Source: Rhodobium gokarnense (GTDB lineage: Bacteria > Pseudomonadota > Alphaproteobacteria > Rhizobiales > Rhodobiaceae). From it: DNA of 64,000 nucleotides. The position numbers and the translations under genes were made by a program. Shown one piece after another: positions 38,001 through 47,388 of the stretch (positions are counted from its first letter, which is position 1; each line of letters starts with the position of its first letter). The stretch spans positions 22,587-86,586 of the forward strand of contig NZ_JAOQNS010000009.1 in NCBI RefSeq assembly GCF_025961475.1, given 5' to 3'. Under the pieces are notes generated by a model. That model saw only the letters and a program-made list of their open reading frames with translations. It made no database searches and was not told the DNA's origin.

Positions 38001-38593
38001 GCAATCGCCTCCTGAAAGCTCCAGTCGCTCGCCCGTGCCATCACCGTCTGCAGGGCGTCTGCCAGCCGGCCCTCGGGCTGCTCGGCTGTCCGGTGGAGGA
38101 GGGACGCCTGCGCCTCGGCCAGAAGCTCGGCCTGGCCGCGGTCGTCGAGCACCTCGAAATGGCCGGCGACGTTGGCTTCCAGCGGAAACTGGTGCAGCAG
38201 CGCCTCGCAAAACGCATGGATGGTCTGGATTTTCAGGCCGCCCGGCGTTTCCAGCGCCCGGGCAAAGAGGCGTCGAGCGCGGACCAGACCCTCGCGGCCG
38301 GGGCGCCGGCCTTCCAGTTTTTCGAGTTCTTCGGCAAGCGCTGCGTCGTCGAGCCGGGTCCAGCCGCTGAGCCGGTCGAAGACGCGGGTCGCCATTTCCG
38401 CCGCCGCGGCCTTGGTAAAGGTGAGGCAGAGGATGCGCCCCGGATCGATGCCGGCAAGGAGCAGCCGCACGACGCGCTGGGTCAGCACGAAGGTCTTGCC
38501 GGACCCGGCATTGGCGCCGACCCAGGCCGACGCGAAGGGGTCGCAGGCGCGGGCCTGGCGGGCAAGGGTGTCGGCGGGGATCGCGCTGGTCAT
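35078..38593 (-). CDS. addA: double-strand break repair helicase AddA (UvrD-like helicase plus C-terminal PD-(D/E)xK nuclease)
   Basis: Start at MTSAIPADTLARQ (ATG 38593, ATGA overlap with addB stop); Walker A GANAGSGKTFVL; about 1170 aa; upstream in-frame extension in ORF track overlaps addB and is rejected. Confidence 0.88.
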   Translation of the reverse strand: MTSAIPADTLARQARACDPFASAWVGANAGSGKTFVLTQRVVRLLLAGIDPGRILCLTFTKAAAAEMATRVFDRLSGWTRLDDAALAEELEKLEGRRPGREGLVRARRLFARALETPGGLKIQTIHAFCEALLHQFPLEANVAGHFEVLDDRGQAELLAEAQASLLHRTAEQPEGRLADALQTVMARASDWSFQEAIAELVAKRETLSRFIAASGSLDAGIAALAADFGLESGQTPRAIAAEADQSQAFSSGFLAGLLPELEASDKATDAKLLDRLRAALGEHDPEAKLAAWTQVFFTQNESPRTARGFATKAIKDVFPDLEERLGAECERLGDVLDRYRAAITVEATAAISRLAEAVIARYEARKAALGLLDFDDLVSRTADLLSSSEAARWVQYKLDLGLDHVLVDEGQDTSPRQWDVITQLVGDFFSGEGRRERPPTVFAVGDEKQSIYSFQGAAPRLFGEKRKAFGRAARDAGLAFHDERLNLSFRSSPDVLAAVDTVFAAPEHHEGLSEPPAAPIHEAIRRGDPGLVEVWPLMEAETVTEPEDWTEPLDHEGPAEPARRLAERIADTVAGWIASGARLEGTGRRITPGDVLVLVRKRGAFVDALNRALKDRQVPAAGSDRLAVTDHIAVMDLISLGRAALLPADDLSLAEVLKSPLVGFDEETLFDLGHDRDASLAEALFARRKEPQFAAGHGLLARAIGRADRVPPYEFFADILGPFGGRAKFRGRLGAEVDEVLDAFLALALSFEETQTPSLQGFLSWLSLTPTEIKRQQDSVAREVRIMTVHGAKGLEAPVVFLVDPASAPFSHAHAPKILQRELTVGGRSIEAPVWTPGKPASTDWHRAAIDAYKGDQEDEYRRLLYVAMTRARDRLIVCGYRGTRTPPDTIWHRVIEASLSPEAEEIRDTEGAVTAWRWRKIDAPPREATGDEAEAVPAVPRPDWLTTPAPPPPRIRPLAPSRAFGGTSAPPADENRLSQEAMAAALSPGIDALQRGRLVHLLLQHLPGPAEERRPEMTAKMLEKLAPDLGESDRAGLIAEVFSVLDHPDFRHVFASEGRAEVAIVGTLRTDGGETLSISGQIDRLIATDNAVLIVDYKTNREVPGDSAIPEDYVVQLALYRHVLSALYPGRTVRAALLWTAGPALVELEAARLDAALQRLRAGGSGEILS

Positions 38594-41500
38594 GCCTCGT
38601 CCCCTCCGCCGAGCGACCATTCGGCGACCCGCGCCAGATGGTCGTAGTCGCCGGCAAAGCGCCGCTCGAACATCGGCCGCGCGCGAGAACGATAGCCGGT
38701 CGCCGGGTTCCGATAATGCGCGACGAGGGCGGCGAGTTGGGCGACGGCCTGTGCCGCGAGCGCTTCCGCATCGCCGTCCCGGCCGCGGGACTGGAAAAAG
38801 TCGACCGCCCGCGCGTCCTTCAGCGCTACATAGGCGATCTCCGCGACGGTTCCGGCGGGAAGGCCGTCGAACCCGCCGCGCTCGGCCATCGCCGCTTCCA
38901 GCGGCAATTGCGGGGAAAGCAGCGCATCGACCTGCTTGCCGGAGGGCAGGGTGCCGGTCTTGTAGTCCAGCAGCGCCAGCCGCCCGTCGGCAAGGACGTC
39001 GATCCGGTCGGCCCGGCCGCGCAACCGGAACGCGGCGTCCGGTAGCGCGATCTCCATAGAACCGCCGATCTCCACGAAGGAGCGGGCAAGCGTCGACGCC
39101 CGCGCGCGCTCCCAGTCGAGGAAGGCGCCGGCGATGCGCGAAAAGCGTGGCCACCAGAGGGCATGGATGTCGGGAAAGACTTCCAGCTCCGCAAAGTGCC
39201 GGCGCCCGATTTCCATCAACGCGTCCAAAGCCGTCCCATCGAGCGGCGTCGCCGCTACGCGGCTGCGGATGAAATCGGCGAAGATCGCATGCAGCACCGT
39301 ACCGCGCTCGGCAAGGTCGGGGACTCCGCCGATCTCGTCCAGGGGATCGAGGCGGAGCACATGCCTTGCGTAGATCGCGTAGGGGTCGCGGATCAGCGTC
39401 TCGATCTCCGTGACCGAAAGACTGGCAGGCCGCGCGGCGAGCGGTGGCGCCGGCTCCGGCCGGACGACGGGCCTTGCGGCGTCCGAACTGCCGTCGAGGC
39501 CGCGCGCGAACGTCAGATACGTCTCTCCCCGCGCGGTCATCGCCGCGTCCGCCTCCTTGCCGACGACGGCGCGCAGCCGCTGCAGCCAGCGCGAGGCAAC
39601 GCTCGGCGCGCCCTCCTTGCGCAGCGACCGGGAAAGGACCACGCGCGGCGCGCCGAAGCCTTGCGCGAAATCGTGGGCGGCCAGGCCGATCCGCCGCTCC
39701 GGCGCCTCCAGCCCGAGGTCGCGCCGCATCGGCCGCGACAGCCAGGGATCGGAGCGCGTCGCGGCCGGCCAGTCGCCCTCCACGAGCCCGCCAAGCACCA
39801 GCCGGTCGACGCTCTGCAGCCGCGCTTCCAGCGGCCCCCAGATGGATATGCGCGGGTCGGCCGGGATGTTGGGCCTGACAGCGATGCCGTCCATCAGCGC
39901 GCGCAAGAGCGCCGGCCAGTCGGAAGCAGCGACGGGAAAGTCGGTGACGTCGAGCTCTGAGAGCTCGGTGAGGAACCCGGCGAGCCGCGTGCCGGCGGCG
40001 GGATCTGCAAGCTGGGCAAGGGCGCCCGTGTCATCGCAAAGGACCCGGTTGAGGACCTGGATTTGCGCGGAGACGAGATCGCCGACGCTGACGGGGCCTT
40101 GGCCGAGCGCTTCCAAAGGCGACAGGGCCTCGGCGATGCGCGCGCCCAGATCGGCGATCCGGTCCCAGTCGGCATCGCAGAGCCGGCACACGGCGCGATG
40201 ACGGTGTCGCTGTGGAGCCTCCCGCCCGGCTTTCAGGGCCGCGACGGCGGCGCAGAGGCCGGCACTGCCGTCGCGGGTGCGCGGGCCCCGCAGGACCGCG
40301 ATTTCCAGCAGCCGCGTGCCATGCCTGAGGTCCTCCGCGGACAGCCCGAAGCGGGCAAGGGGGTGTTTTAAAACAGCAAGCAGCGTCACCGGATCGAAGC
40401 CGGAAAGGGCGAGGTCTGCGAGCAGCCGGGCCAGCACCGCCGGCGGCGTGCCGGAAAGCGGCCGGCCGGCGGAATCGTCGACGGAAATCTCCCAGCGCAG
40501 CAGGTGCCGCGCCACCCGGCGGGCCAGCACGCGGTCCGGCGTGACGAGCGCGGCGGTCTGCTTCTCCGCGACCGCCTCGCGAAGCGCGATGGCGACGGCG
40601 AGCGCCTCTTCCTCCTCGCCCCGCGCCTCGATAAGGGCAACGCCGGCAAAGGCATCGGCGATGTCCGCGTCGACAATTCCGAGGTCGCGCCAGCCTTCCG
40701 TCGCCTCGGCGGGTCGCAGCGCTTCGTTGACGAGCCGCATGCGCGTGGACCGATCCGCATCGCCGTTCTCCGGTCCGAGCGCCGCGACGTCTTCTCGCCT
40801 GATGCCGATGCGGGCAATCAGTTGCCGCATGCCGAATTGCGGATGGCTCGGGGCCGCGGCCTCCGCCTCCCGGTCGCCGATGGCCTCCCAGGCATCGTCC
40901 CCCAATCGCCGGTCGAGGCCGGGAAGCACCACGGCGCCGTTCGGCAGATGCGCGATGGCGGCAAGGAGATCTGCGGTCGCCGGCGCCGAACCGGTCGAGC
41001 CGGCGGCAATCACCGGACCCGTCGGGGGGTGGTCGCGCAGGCGCCGCGCGGCGGTCTCGATCGCCCGGTCGCGGTGCATTCCGGGATCGGCGAGCCCGCG
41101 CTCGGCGAGATAGGCCGGCCAGTGCTCGGTGACGATCTTCAAAAATTCCAGGCTGATCTGCCAGTAGCGGGCATAGTCCTCCGGCACCAGCGAGAACAGG
41201 CGATGCCAGTCGGCGCGCTCGGTCGCCACCTGGTCCATGAGCCGGATGAGGTCGTCGGCAAGCCGCGCGGCGTCGGCCGGCGAAGCCGGGATCGAGATCT
41301 CGCCCTCGATATGGGGCATCAGGTCCCGCGCGACCCGCTCGGTCCAGGAAAGCACCAGCCGGGAGACGACGAGGCGCCGTTCCAGATCGCCGATATTGGG
41401 TGGCAGGGCCGTCTCGTCGGCGAGCGTCGCCTCGTCGATGTCGTCCTCGCCGTCGACGTCGCCGATCGGCGTGATGCGCGGCAGGATAGCCGCCCGGCCG

Positions 41501-41733
41501 CCGAGCTCGGAGAGGAAGACACCCCGAAGCGCCCGCGCCGCGCGCCGGGTCGGCACGAAGATGCGCACATCGGCAAGCGCCAGCGGATCGTCGTCAAGCG
41601 TGAAGCCGGGAACCAGCTCGCCGGAGAAGAGCCCGCGCACCAGCGTCGGCAGGAACGGGGACTCGGGCGGGATCGTCAGGACGCGGGGCCTCGCTCCGCA
41701 GTCGCCGCCCGTCGGTCCCTGTTCTCCGGCCAT
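38590..41733 (-). CDS. addB: double-strand break repair protein AddB
   Basis: 1047 aa, immediately upstream of and overlapping addA; alphaproteobacterial AddB architecture (inactive helicase-like N-terminus, nuclease C-terminus). Confidence 0.85.
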   Translation of the reverse strand: MAGEQGPTGGDCGARPRVLTIPPESPFLPTLVRGLFSGELVPGFTLDDDPLALADVRIFVPTRRAARALRGVFLSELGGRAAILPRITPIGDVDGEDDIDEATLADETALPPNIGDLERRLVVSRLVLSWTERVARDLMPHIEGEISIPASPADAARLADDLIRLMDQVATERADWHRLFSLVPEDYARYWQISLEFLKIVTEHWPAYLAERGLADPGMHRDRAIETAARRLRDHPPTGPVIAAGSTGSAPATADLLAAIAHLPNGAVVLPGLDRRLGDDAWEAIGDREAEAAAPSHPQFGMRQLIARIGIRREDVAALGPENGDADRSTRMRLVNEALRPAEATEGWRDLGIVDADIADAFAGVALIEARGEEEEALAVAIALREAVAEKQTAALVTPDRVLARRVARHLLRWEISVDDSAGRPLSGTPPAVLARLLADLALSGFDPVTLLAVLKHPLARFGLSAEDLRHGTRLLEIAVLRGPRTRDGSAGLCAAVAALKAGREAPQRHRHRAVCRLCDADWDRIADLGARIAEALSPLEALGQGPVSVGDLVSAQIQVLNRVLCDDTGALAQLADPAAGTRLAGFLTELSELDVTDFPVAASDWPALLRALMDGIAVRPNIPADPRISIWGPLEARLQSVDRLVLGGLVEGDWPAATRSDPWLSRPMRRDLGLEAPERRIGLAAHDFAQGFGAPRVVLSRSLRKEGAPSVASRWLQRLRAVVGKEADAAMTARGETYLTFARGLDGSSDAARPVVRPEPAPPLAARPASLSVTEIETLIRDPYAIYARHVLRLDPLDEIGGVPDLAERGTVLHAIFADFIRSRVAATPLDGTALDALMEIGRRHFAELEVFPDIHALWWPRFSRIAGAFLDWERARASTLARSFVEIGGSMEIALPDAAFRLRGRADRIDVLADGRLALLDYKTGTLPSGKQVDALLSPQLPLEAAMAERGGFDGLPAGTVAEIAYVALKDARAVDFFQSRGRDGDAEALAAQAVAQLAALVAHYRNPATGYRSRARPMFERRFAGDYDHLARVAEWSLGGGDEA

Positions 41734-41904
41734 GTCTGTCCCGTCCTTAGCTCATGGCAACCGCGCGGCGTCACGGTCGCCGAATCCCTCGCCGGATGGT
41801 ACGCGCGCCAAGGGGCACACAAAAGGGGATAGCGATGGGGATGGAACGGGGATTCGGGAGGGATCGGCTGTGGATAGATTGTGGAATCGATGGGGACAAA
41901 CCGG

Positions 41905-42165
41905 CGGCGCCTCTCACTCAGCCGTCACCCCGGGCGGAGCGAAGCGGAGACCCGGGGCCTATTGTCCCGATCCGCACGGTATGCCGCGTGGTGATGGAAG
42001 GGGAAGCCGCGCGAATGCTGGTCTGCGGCAAGACCCTCAACGGGCTGCCGTGTTGAGGTGGGCATTGGATACCGGGTCTGCGCTGCGCTCCGCCCGGCAT
42101 GACGACAGAGTACCAACGCGATGTCATTGCGAGTGCGCGCAGCGCGCGTGGCAATCCAGGGGCCG
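41905..42165. repeat. degenerate copy of MITE/REP-like element plus cattgcgagNgc...caatccag motif
   Basis: gtcaccccgggcggagcgaagcggagacccggggcctattgtcc terminus; gatgtcattgcgagtgcgcgcagcgcgcgtggcaatccagg related to unit-start motif of 32.9-kb tandem repeat. Confidence 0.7.
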
Positions 42166-42246
42166 AATACTCAGAGCAAGTGGCTCTGGATCGCCGCACT
42201 CGCTACGCTCGTTCGCGATGACGACAACCTCGGGGCCTAGCCGCCC

Positions 42247-42984
42247 CTACAGCGCGCTCTCCAGGATCGCGGCTTCGGCTTCGCGGATCGCCTTTGGCGT
42301 TCCCACATGCAGCCAGATGCCTTCCATGCGCACGCCGAAGAGGCGCTCCGCCTCGATGGCCTTGTCGAACAGGGTGTTGAGCGAGAACGGGCCGTCCGGC
42401 GCGCCCTCGAAGAGCCGCGGGTGGAGGATGGCGACGCCGGCATAGACGAAGGGGGCGACGGAGCGCTCCTTGCGCCGGCGCACTTCGGCGTTCGGCGTCA
42501 TGAAGAAATCGCCATGGCCGTCATAGCCGAAGGCGTTGACCATGGGCGCGAGCAAGAGCAGCGCGTCCATGCGCGCCTCGTCCCAGGCCTCGATCAGGAG
42601 CTCCAGATTGGGCGTCGCCCCCTCGACCCAGAAGCTGTCGGAGTTCATCAGCAGGAACGGCTCCGGCCCAAGCATCGGCAGAGCCTTCTTGAGCCCGCCG
42701 CCGGTGTCGAGCAACTGCCGGCGCTCGTCGGAGATCACGGGCTTCGGCACGCTGCGGTGCGAGACGTGCACCTCGACGAAATCGGCCAGGTAATGGACGT
42801 TGACGACGACGTCGGTGATGCCTGCGGCTGCCATGCGGTCGAGCCCGTGGTCGATCAGCGCCTTGCCGGCGACCTCGATCAGCGGCTTCGGGGTGGTCGC
42901 GGTCAGCGGCCGCATGCGCTTGCCGAGACCGGCGGCAAGCATCATCGCCCGGGTCGGGCGAAACGGAGTGCTGGGGGACACCAT
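42247..42984 (-). CDS. nucleotidyltransferase family protein (MurU-like MurNAc-1-P uridylyltransferase)
   Basis: LAAGLGKRMRPLTATTPKPL sugar-nucleotidyltransferase glycine-rich motif; adjacency to amgK-like kinase. Confidence 0.75.
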   Translation of the reverse strand: MVSPSTPFRPTRAMMLAAGLGKRMRPLTATTPKPLIEVAGKALIDHGLDRMAAAGITDVVVNVHYLADFVEVHVSHRSVPKPVISDERRQLLDTGGGLKKALPMLGPEPFLLMNSDSFWVEGATPNLELLIEAWDEARMDALLLLAPMVNAFGYDGHGDFFMTPNAEVRRRKERSVAPFVYAGVAILHPRLFEGAPDGPFSLNTLFDKAIEAERLFGVRMEGIWLHVGTPKAIREAEAAILESAL

Positions 42985-42995
42985 TCTTTATGCTC

Positions 42996-44528
42996 TCAGG
43001 AACCGGAGGGGCCGTTCAGGTCCGATTGGAGGACGCTGTCATACCAGAGCCGCACGGCTGAGAGAACGGGGTGTTTGAGCGATCGTTTCAAATAGTTTTT
43101 CAAACGTGGAAAATGCTTCAGGTAGTCGGGCTTGCCGTCGCGGTCGTTGAGCCGGGCGAAGATGCCGAGCACCTTGGTCGCCCGCTGCGCCGCCGCGATC
43201 GCATGGGCGGTGCGGAACGCGGGCTCGTCGAAGCCGGGGTCCTGCTTCCGGCGCAGGGCGATGTAGCGGTCGAGGAGTGCGACCTCCAGCGCCTCCGGCA
43301 CGGTGATGCGCGCGTCCTGGGTCAGCGAGGCGACGTCATAGGCGGCCGGACCGATCAGCGCGTCCTGGTAGTCGAGGAGGCCGATGTGGGCGATGCCCTT
43401 GCGCTGCGGCAGCCAGATCAGGTTGGGCGAATGGAAGTCGCGCAGCACCCAGCTCGACTCGGTCGCCTCCAGCGCGGCGAAGGGCTCTTCCCAGGCGGCA
43501 AAGAAGGCCTGGCGTGTCGCCGCGTCGGCCGGGGCGCCGGTGACATGGGGCAAGTACCAGTCGATGAGAAGGCTGATCTCGATGGTGAGCCCCCGTCGGT
43601 CGAAGGGCGGCACGCGATGGCTGGTGCCGTCGGCAAGCGCGATCTCCTCCGGCAAGTTGCGCCCGTGCAGAGCGGCGAGCACCTCGACGGCGGCCAGGTA
43701 GCGTTCCGGGATCGGGCCGGCCGCATCGATGACGCCCTCGGTGCCGAGGTCTTCAAGGAGCAAAAAACCGGCATCGAGGTCGGCGGCGAGCACCCTAGGT
43801 GCCGAAAACCCGGCATCGCGCAGCGTTTCGCCGACGGCAACGAACGGCCGGACGTCCTCGGCGAGATGGGCGATGCGGCTGTAGGGGAGGCCGTCCTGGA
43901 CCGGCGGGCCGTCCGGCTGGGCGGGCGCGTTCATGGCAACGGCGTTTTGGCTATCGCGCCGGATGCGTTCGTAGCTGCGCGTCGAGGCATCGCCCTGCAG
44001 GAATCGGCGGACCGCTGCGGTCCAGCCGGCATCGTCGAGAAACCGGCGCAGGGAAAGACTGCGCTCCAGCCGCGTCTTCCAGCTTCCGGAGGGGGCCGAA
44101 AGGGTGACCATGCGGGCGTTCGGATCGTCGCGTTCTTCCAGGGAAAGCTCCAACCGGTCGACGGGCAGCCGCCCCTCGGCCCGGTCCGGCCATTCGATGA
44201 GCGCGGCCCCCGTCAGCATCGCCTCGTCGAGGCCGACCTCTTCCAGTTCGTCCGGATCGGCGAGCCGGTAGAGGTCGAAATGGGTGACGGTGAGCCGGCC
44301 GAAATCATAGCCTTGCGCCAGCGTGAAGGTCGGGCTCGGCACTTCAAGCTCCGGATCGTCGGCAAGGGCGCGCAGGACGTAGCGGGCAAAGGTCGTCTTG
44401 CCGGCGCCGAGATCGCCGGAAAGCGCGATCACGTCGCCCTTGCGGAGCGCCATGGCGACGTCCTCGGCAAGGAGACAAAGCGCCGCCTCGTCGGCAATGA
44501 GGATGGTGACGTCGTCGCTGTCCGCCAT
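42996..44528 (-). CDS. bifunctional TsaE (t6A ATPase) / aminoglycoside-phosphotransferase-like kinase (AmgK-like)
   Basis: N-terminus DVIALSGDLGAGKTTFARYVLRAL (TsaE/YjeE P-loop); C-terminal 350 aa APH-fold kinase (HSPNLIWL...LLDYQDALIGPAAYDV). Confidence 0.8.
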   Translation of the reverse strand: MADSDDVTILIADEAALCLLAEDVAMALRKGDVIALSGDLGAGKTTFARYVLRALADDPELEVPSPTFTLAQGYDFGRLTVTHFDLYRLADPDELEEVGLDEAMLTGAALIEWPDRAEGRLPVDRLELSLEERDDPNARMVTLSAPSGSWKTRLERSLSLRRFLDDAGWTAAVRRFLQGDASTRSYERIRRDSQNAVAMNAPAQPDGPPVQDGLPYSRIAHLAEDVRPFVAVGETLRDAGFSAPRVLAADLDAGFLLLEDLGTEGVIDAAGPIPERYLAAVEVLAALHGRNLPEEIALADGTSHRVPPFDRRGLTIEISLLIDWYLPHVTGAPADAATRQAFFAAWEEPFAALEATESSWVLRDFHSPNLIWLPQRKGIAHIGLLDYQDALIGPAAYDVASLTQDARITVPEALEVALLDRYIALRRKQDPGFDEPAFRTAHAIAAAQRATKVLGIFARLNDRDGKPDYLKHFPRLKNYLKRSLKHPVLSAVRLWYDSVLQSDLNGPSGS

Positions 44529-44544
44529 CGGCTCCTATCTTCGG

Positions 44545-47163
44545 TCAGGAGCGCCCGGCGCCGGCCGCCGGGACGCCGTTTGCCGCGGTTCCGTCCGGTG
44601 CCGCGATCGCCGCCGGGCTCGCATCGCCATGGCCGGGCGCCGGCTCAAAAGGGAACAGGCACGTCACCGTCGTTCCCTCGCCCTCGCGCGAGGCGATGTC
44701 GACGACGCCCCGGTGCGCCTCCACGAAGCTTTTGACGATGGCAAGCCCGAGGCCGGGTCCCCGCCGGCGGTTGCCGGTGGTGCGGCTGACGAAGCGGTCG
44801 AAGACGTTCGGCATGAAGTCCTGGGGGATGCCGCAGCCATGGTCGCGCACGGTCAGGCTGACGCCCTCGCCGCTGCGCCGGGCGATGATCTCGACCAGCC
44901 CGCCATGGTCGGAATAGACGATGGCGTTGGAGAGCAGATTGTAGAGCACCTGGCGGATGCGCTTTTCGTCGGCCGTGAAGTGGCCGATGTCGTCCGGGAT
45001 GTCGGTCGTAATGCGGATCTCCGACTCCCGGATGCGGTCCTGCAGGCCCTCGATCGCGGCCGTCGCCGTCTCGCCGATGTCGACCTCGCCGAGGTGCAGT
45101 TCCATGATCCCGGCATCGAGCGTCGCCAGGTCGAGGATGTCGTTGATGATGGCCAGCAGCGCCGCCGACGAGGAGCGGATATAGTCGGTGTATTCCTGCT
45201 GCTTGTCATTGAGCTCGCCGAATTTCGGGTCATTGAGGAGCTGGGCGAAGCCGATGATGTTGGTCAGCGGCGAGCGCAGCTCGTAGGAGACGTGCTGGAT
45301 GAAGGTGTTCTTCAGCTCGTCGGCCTGCTGCAGCGCCTCGTTCTTGTCGACGAGCGCCCGCTCCACATGGACGGTGTCGGTGACGTCGACGAACGTGACC
45401 AGCGTCGCCCCGTCCGGCAGCGGCAGGGTCGCGTAGTCGACGACGGTGCCGTCGCCGCGCTCCATGCGCCCGGCGATCGGGGTGCGGGTTTCGGCAAAGC
45501 CGGTGACGGTGGCGTTGAGCCGCTGCCAGGTCGGCGCGTCGTCATGGATGCGCCGGCACTGCTCGATCACCTGGGCGATGTGCGGGCGGTCCTCCAGCGT
45601 CGTCTCGTCGAGGCGCCAGATCGCCACGATCGACGGGTTCCAGAGCCGCAGCCGCCCGTTGGAGCCGAACACGGCGACGCCTTCCTGGAGATTGTCGAGG
45701 GTTTCCCGCTGCACCCGGATGAGGGCGTTGTAGCGGCTCTCCAGGTCGAGTTTTTCGGTGACGTTCTCATAGACATAGGTGACGCCGCCCTGCGGGTGCG
45801 GGTTGGCGACGACGCGCACCGTGCGCCCGTCCGGCAGGTGCCACCAGTGCTCGATCGCCCCGACCTCGCGATAGGCATCGAGGATCGACTTCTTCCAGGA
45901 CCGGAAATCAGCCTGCTCCGGCAGTTTGCGGTCCTGGCGCAGCCGGTCGAGGATGGCGCTGTCCTCCGGCGCCGATTCCAGGAACGCCGGGTCGAGGCCC
46001 CACAGGTCGCGATAGGCGGCGTTGTAGAAGGTGAGCCGCCGGTCGGCGCCGAAGATGGCGACGGCGGTCGCCAGTTCGTCGAGGGTGCGGGCGTGGAAGT
46101 CGAGGGTGCGGCGCAGGTCCGCCTGCATCTTTTCCAGTTCGCTGACGTCGATGGCGATGCCCGCCTGGCCCTCGTCGCCGGCGACGTCGAGGACGTCGAA
46201 CAGCTTGCGGTCGCCGGCGACCACCACCGGCAGCCGCTTGCGGAACACCGGGTCGGTGGCGTGGTGGCCCTCCATCAGCTTGCGCGCCGCACCGTCGAGG
46301 AGTTCGTTGCCGGCCCGCGCCGCCTGGACCTGGTTCGGCGCCTCCACGGCCTCGGCATAGGCCTCGTTGACCCACAGGAAGCTGCCGTCCGGATTGCGGA
46401 TCCAGCACGGGTTCGGCATGGCGTCGAGCAGCGCCCGCATGGTCTCCACCATGCTGGTCAGCTTCTCGTGCTCGGCGACCATCAGCGCATGCGCCTGGCG
46501 CTCGCCGGTGAGGTCCCGGAAACGGGCGATGGCGCGGCCGCTGGCGGTGCGCCCGACGGCTTCCACGAGGCCGCCGCTGGTCGTCGTCACGGTGAGCGCG
46601 AAGCCTTCGCCGTCATCGCGCAGGTCGGCGAGCGCGTGCTCCAGCCGGGTGGCGGCATCGGGCGTCAGCCATGTGCCGAAGGCCAGGAAGGCGGCCGGGC
46701 TCTCCGGCGCGCCGGAGCCGCCGCCGAGGCTGCCGATCACGGTCGGCTTGCCGGTCGACCGGTGCCAGATGACGTTGCGCTGGTCGTCGGTGTCGAGCAG
46801 CGCCTCGGCCTGTTCGACGCTCGCCTGGAAGTCGGCGATGCCGCGCTCCAGGCGGGCGATATCCTCCTCGGCCCGGCGCCGGTTGCGGATCAGGATCGCC
46901 GCACTGAACACGGCGAAGGTCAGCGCACCGAGCAGCGAGACGATCCACAGCACTTCCAGCGAGCCGAGCTGGGTCGGAAAGCGCTGCGCCAGGTCCTGGG
47001 CCCTGGCGGCGGTTATCGGGAGAAAACAGGCTGCGAGCGGCAGGACCTTCAGGGCCGGGTGCGGTGACCCGGATTGTCGCGAGGAGTTCCCCCGACGCCT
47101 CCCGCCATGTTTCGGCATATGGAAAGACCTTTCGCCGCCTTCGGTCTTTGCAAGACGTGACAC
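44545..47163 (-). CDS. membrane-anchored multi-PAS sensor histidine kinase (PleC/DivJ-like HisKA)
   Basis: 872 aa; N-terminal TM region, several PAS-like repeats, H-box HVSYELRSPLTNIIGFAQLL, HATPase_c (GLGLAIVKSFVEAHRG); no receiver domain; true start may be ATG at 47118. Confidence 0.85.
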   Translation of the reverse strand: MSRLAKTEGGERSFHMPKHGGRRRGNSSRQSGSPHPALKVLPLAACFLPITAARAQDLAQRFPTQLGSLEVLWIVSLLGALTFAVFSAAILIRNRRRAEEDIARLERGIADFQASVEQAEALLDTDDQRNVIWHRSTGKPTVIGSLGGGSGAPESPAAFLAFGTWLTPDAATRLEHALADLRDDGEGFALTVTTTSGGLVEAVGRTASGRAIARFRDLTGERQAHALMVAEHEKLTSMVETMRALLDAMPNPCWIRNPDGSFLWVNEAYAEAVEAPNQVQAARAGNELLDGAARKLMEGHHATDPVFRKRLPVVVAGDRKLFDVLDVAGDEGQAGIAIDVSELEKMQADLRRTLDFHARTLDELATAVAIFGADRRLTFYNAAYRDLWGLDPAFLESAPEDSAILDRLRQDRKLPEQADFRSWKKSILDAYREVGAIEHWWHLPDGRTVRVVANPHPQGGVTYVYENVTEKLDLESRYNALIRVQRETLDNLQEGVAVFGSNGRLRLWNPSIVAIWRLDETTLEDRPHIAQVIEQCRRIHDDAPTWQRLNATVTGFAETRTPIAGRMERGDGTVVDYATLPLPDGATLVTFVDVTDTVHVERALVDKNEALQQADELKNTFIQHVSYELRSPLTNIIGFAQLLNDPKFGELNDKQQEYTDYIRSSSAALLAIINDILDLATLDAGIMELHLGEVDIGETATAAIEGLQDRIRESEIRITTDIPDDIGHFTADEKRIRQVLYNLLSNAIVYSDHGGLVEIIARRSGEGVSLTVRDHGCGIPQDFMPNVFDRFVSRTTGNRRRGPGLGLAIVKSFVEAHRGVVDIASREGEGTTVTCLFPFEPAPGHGDASPAAIAAPDGTAANGVPAAGAGRS

Positions 47164-47388
47164 CTGATGAAACGAGCCGGCGCCCCAGCCTCAAGGCCGC
47201 CGATTCGATCCACCATAACCGGATTGGGAGGTCAGCCGTAAGAGTCCATAAGGAGAACGAAGGGCATTCTTTGCCGCGAATATGGCCGCGCCCGGAACGC
47301 AGCCGGCCGCGGCGATCGGGTGATGCCGCGGCCGGGGCCGGAAAAGCGTTTTGGTTTCAACGCAGAGCGGGCGTTGCCGCCGGAAACC

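Noticed and set aside
38594-39154. N-terminal 187-aa extension of addA in ORF track
   Set aside because: It overlaps the C-terminus of addB in another frame and is Arg-rich. The conserved AddA N-terminus begins at MTSAIPADT with an ATGA-coupled start.
44398-47067. 889-aa plus-strand ORF opposite the PAS histidine kinase
   Set aside because: Antisense artefact. The minus-strand product has H-box, PAS and HATPase motifs.
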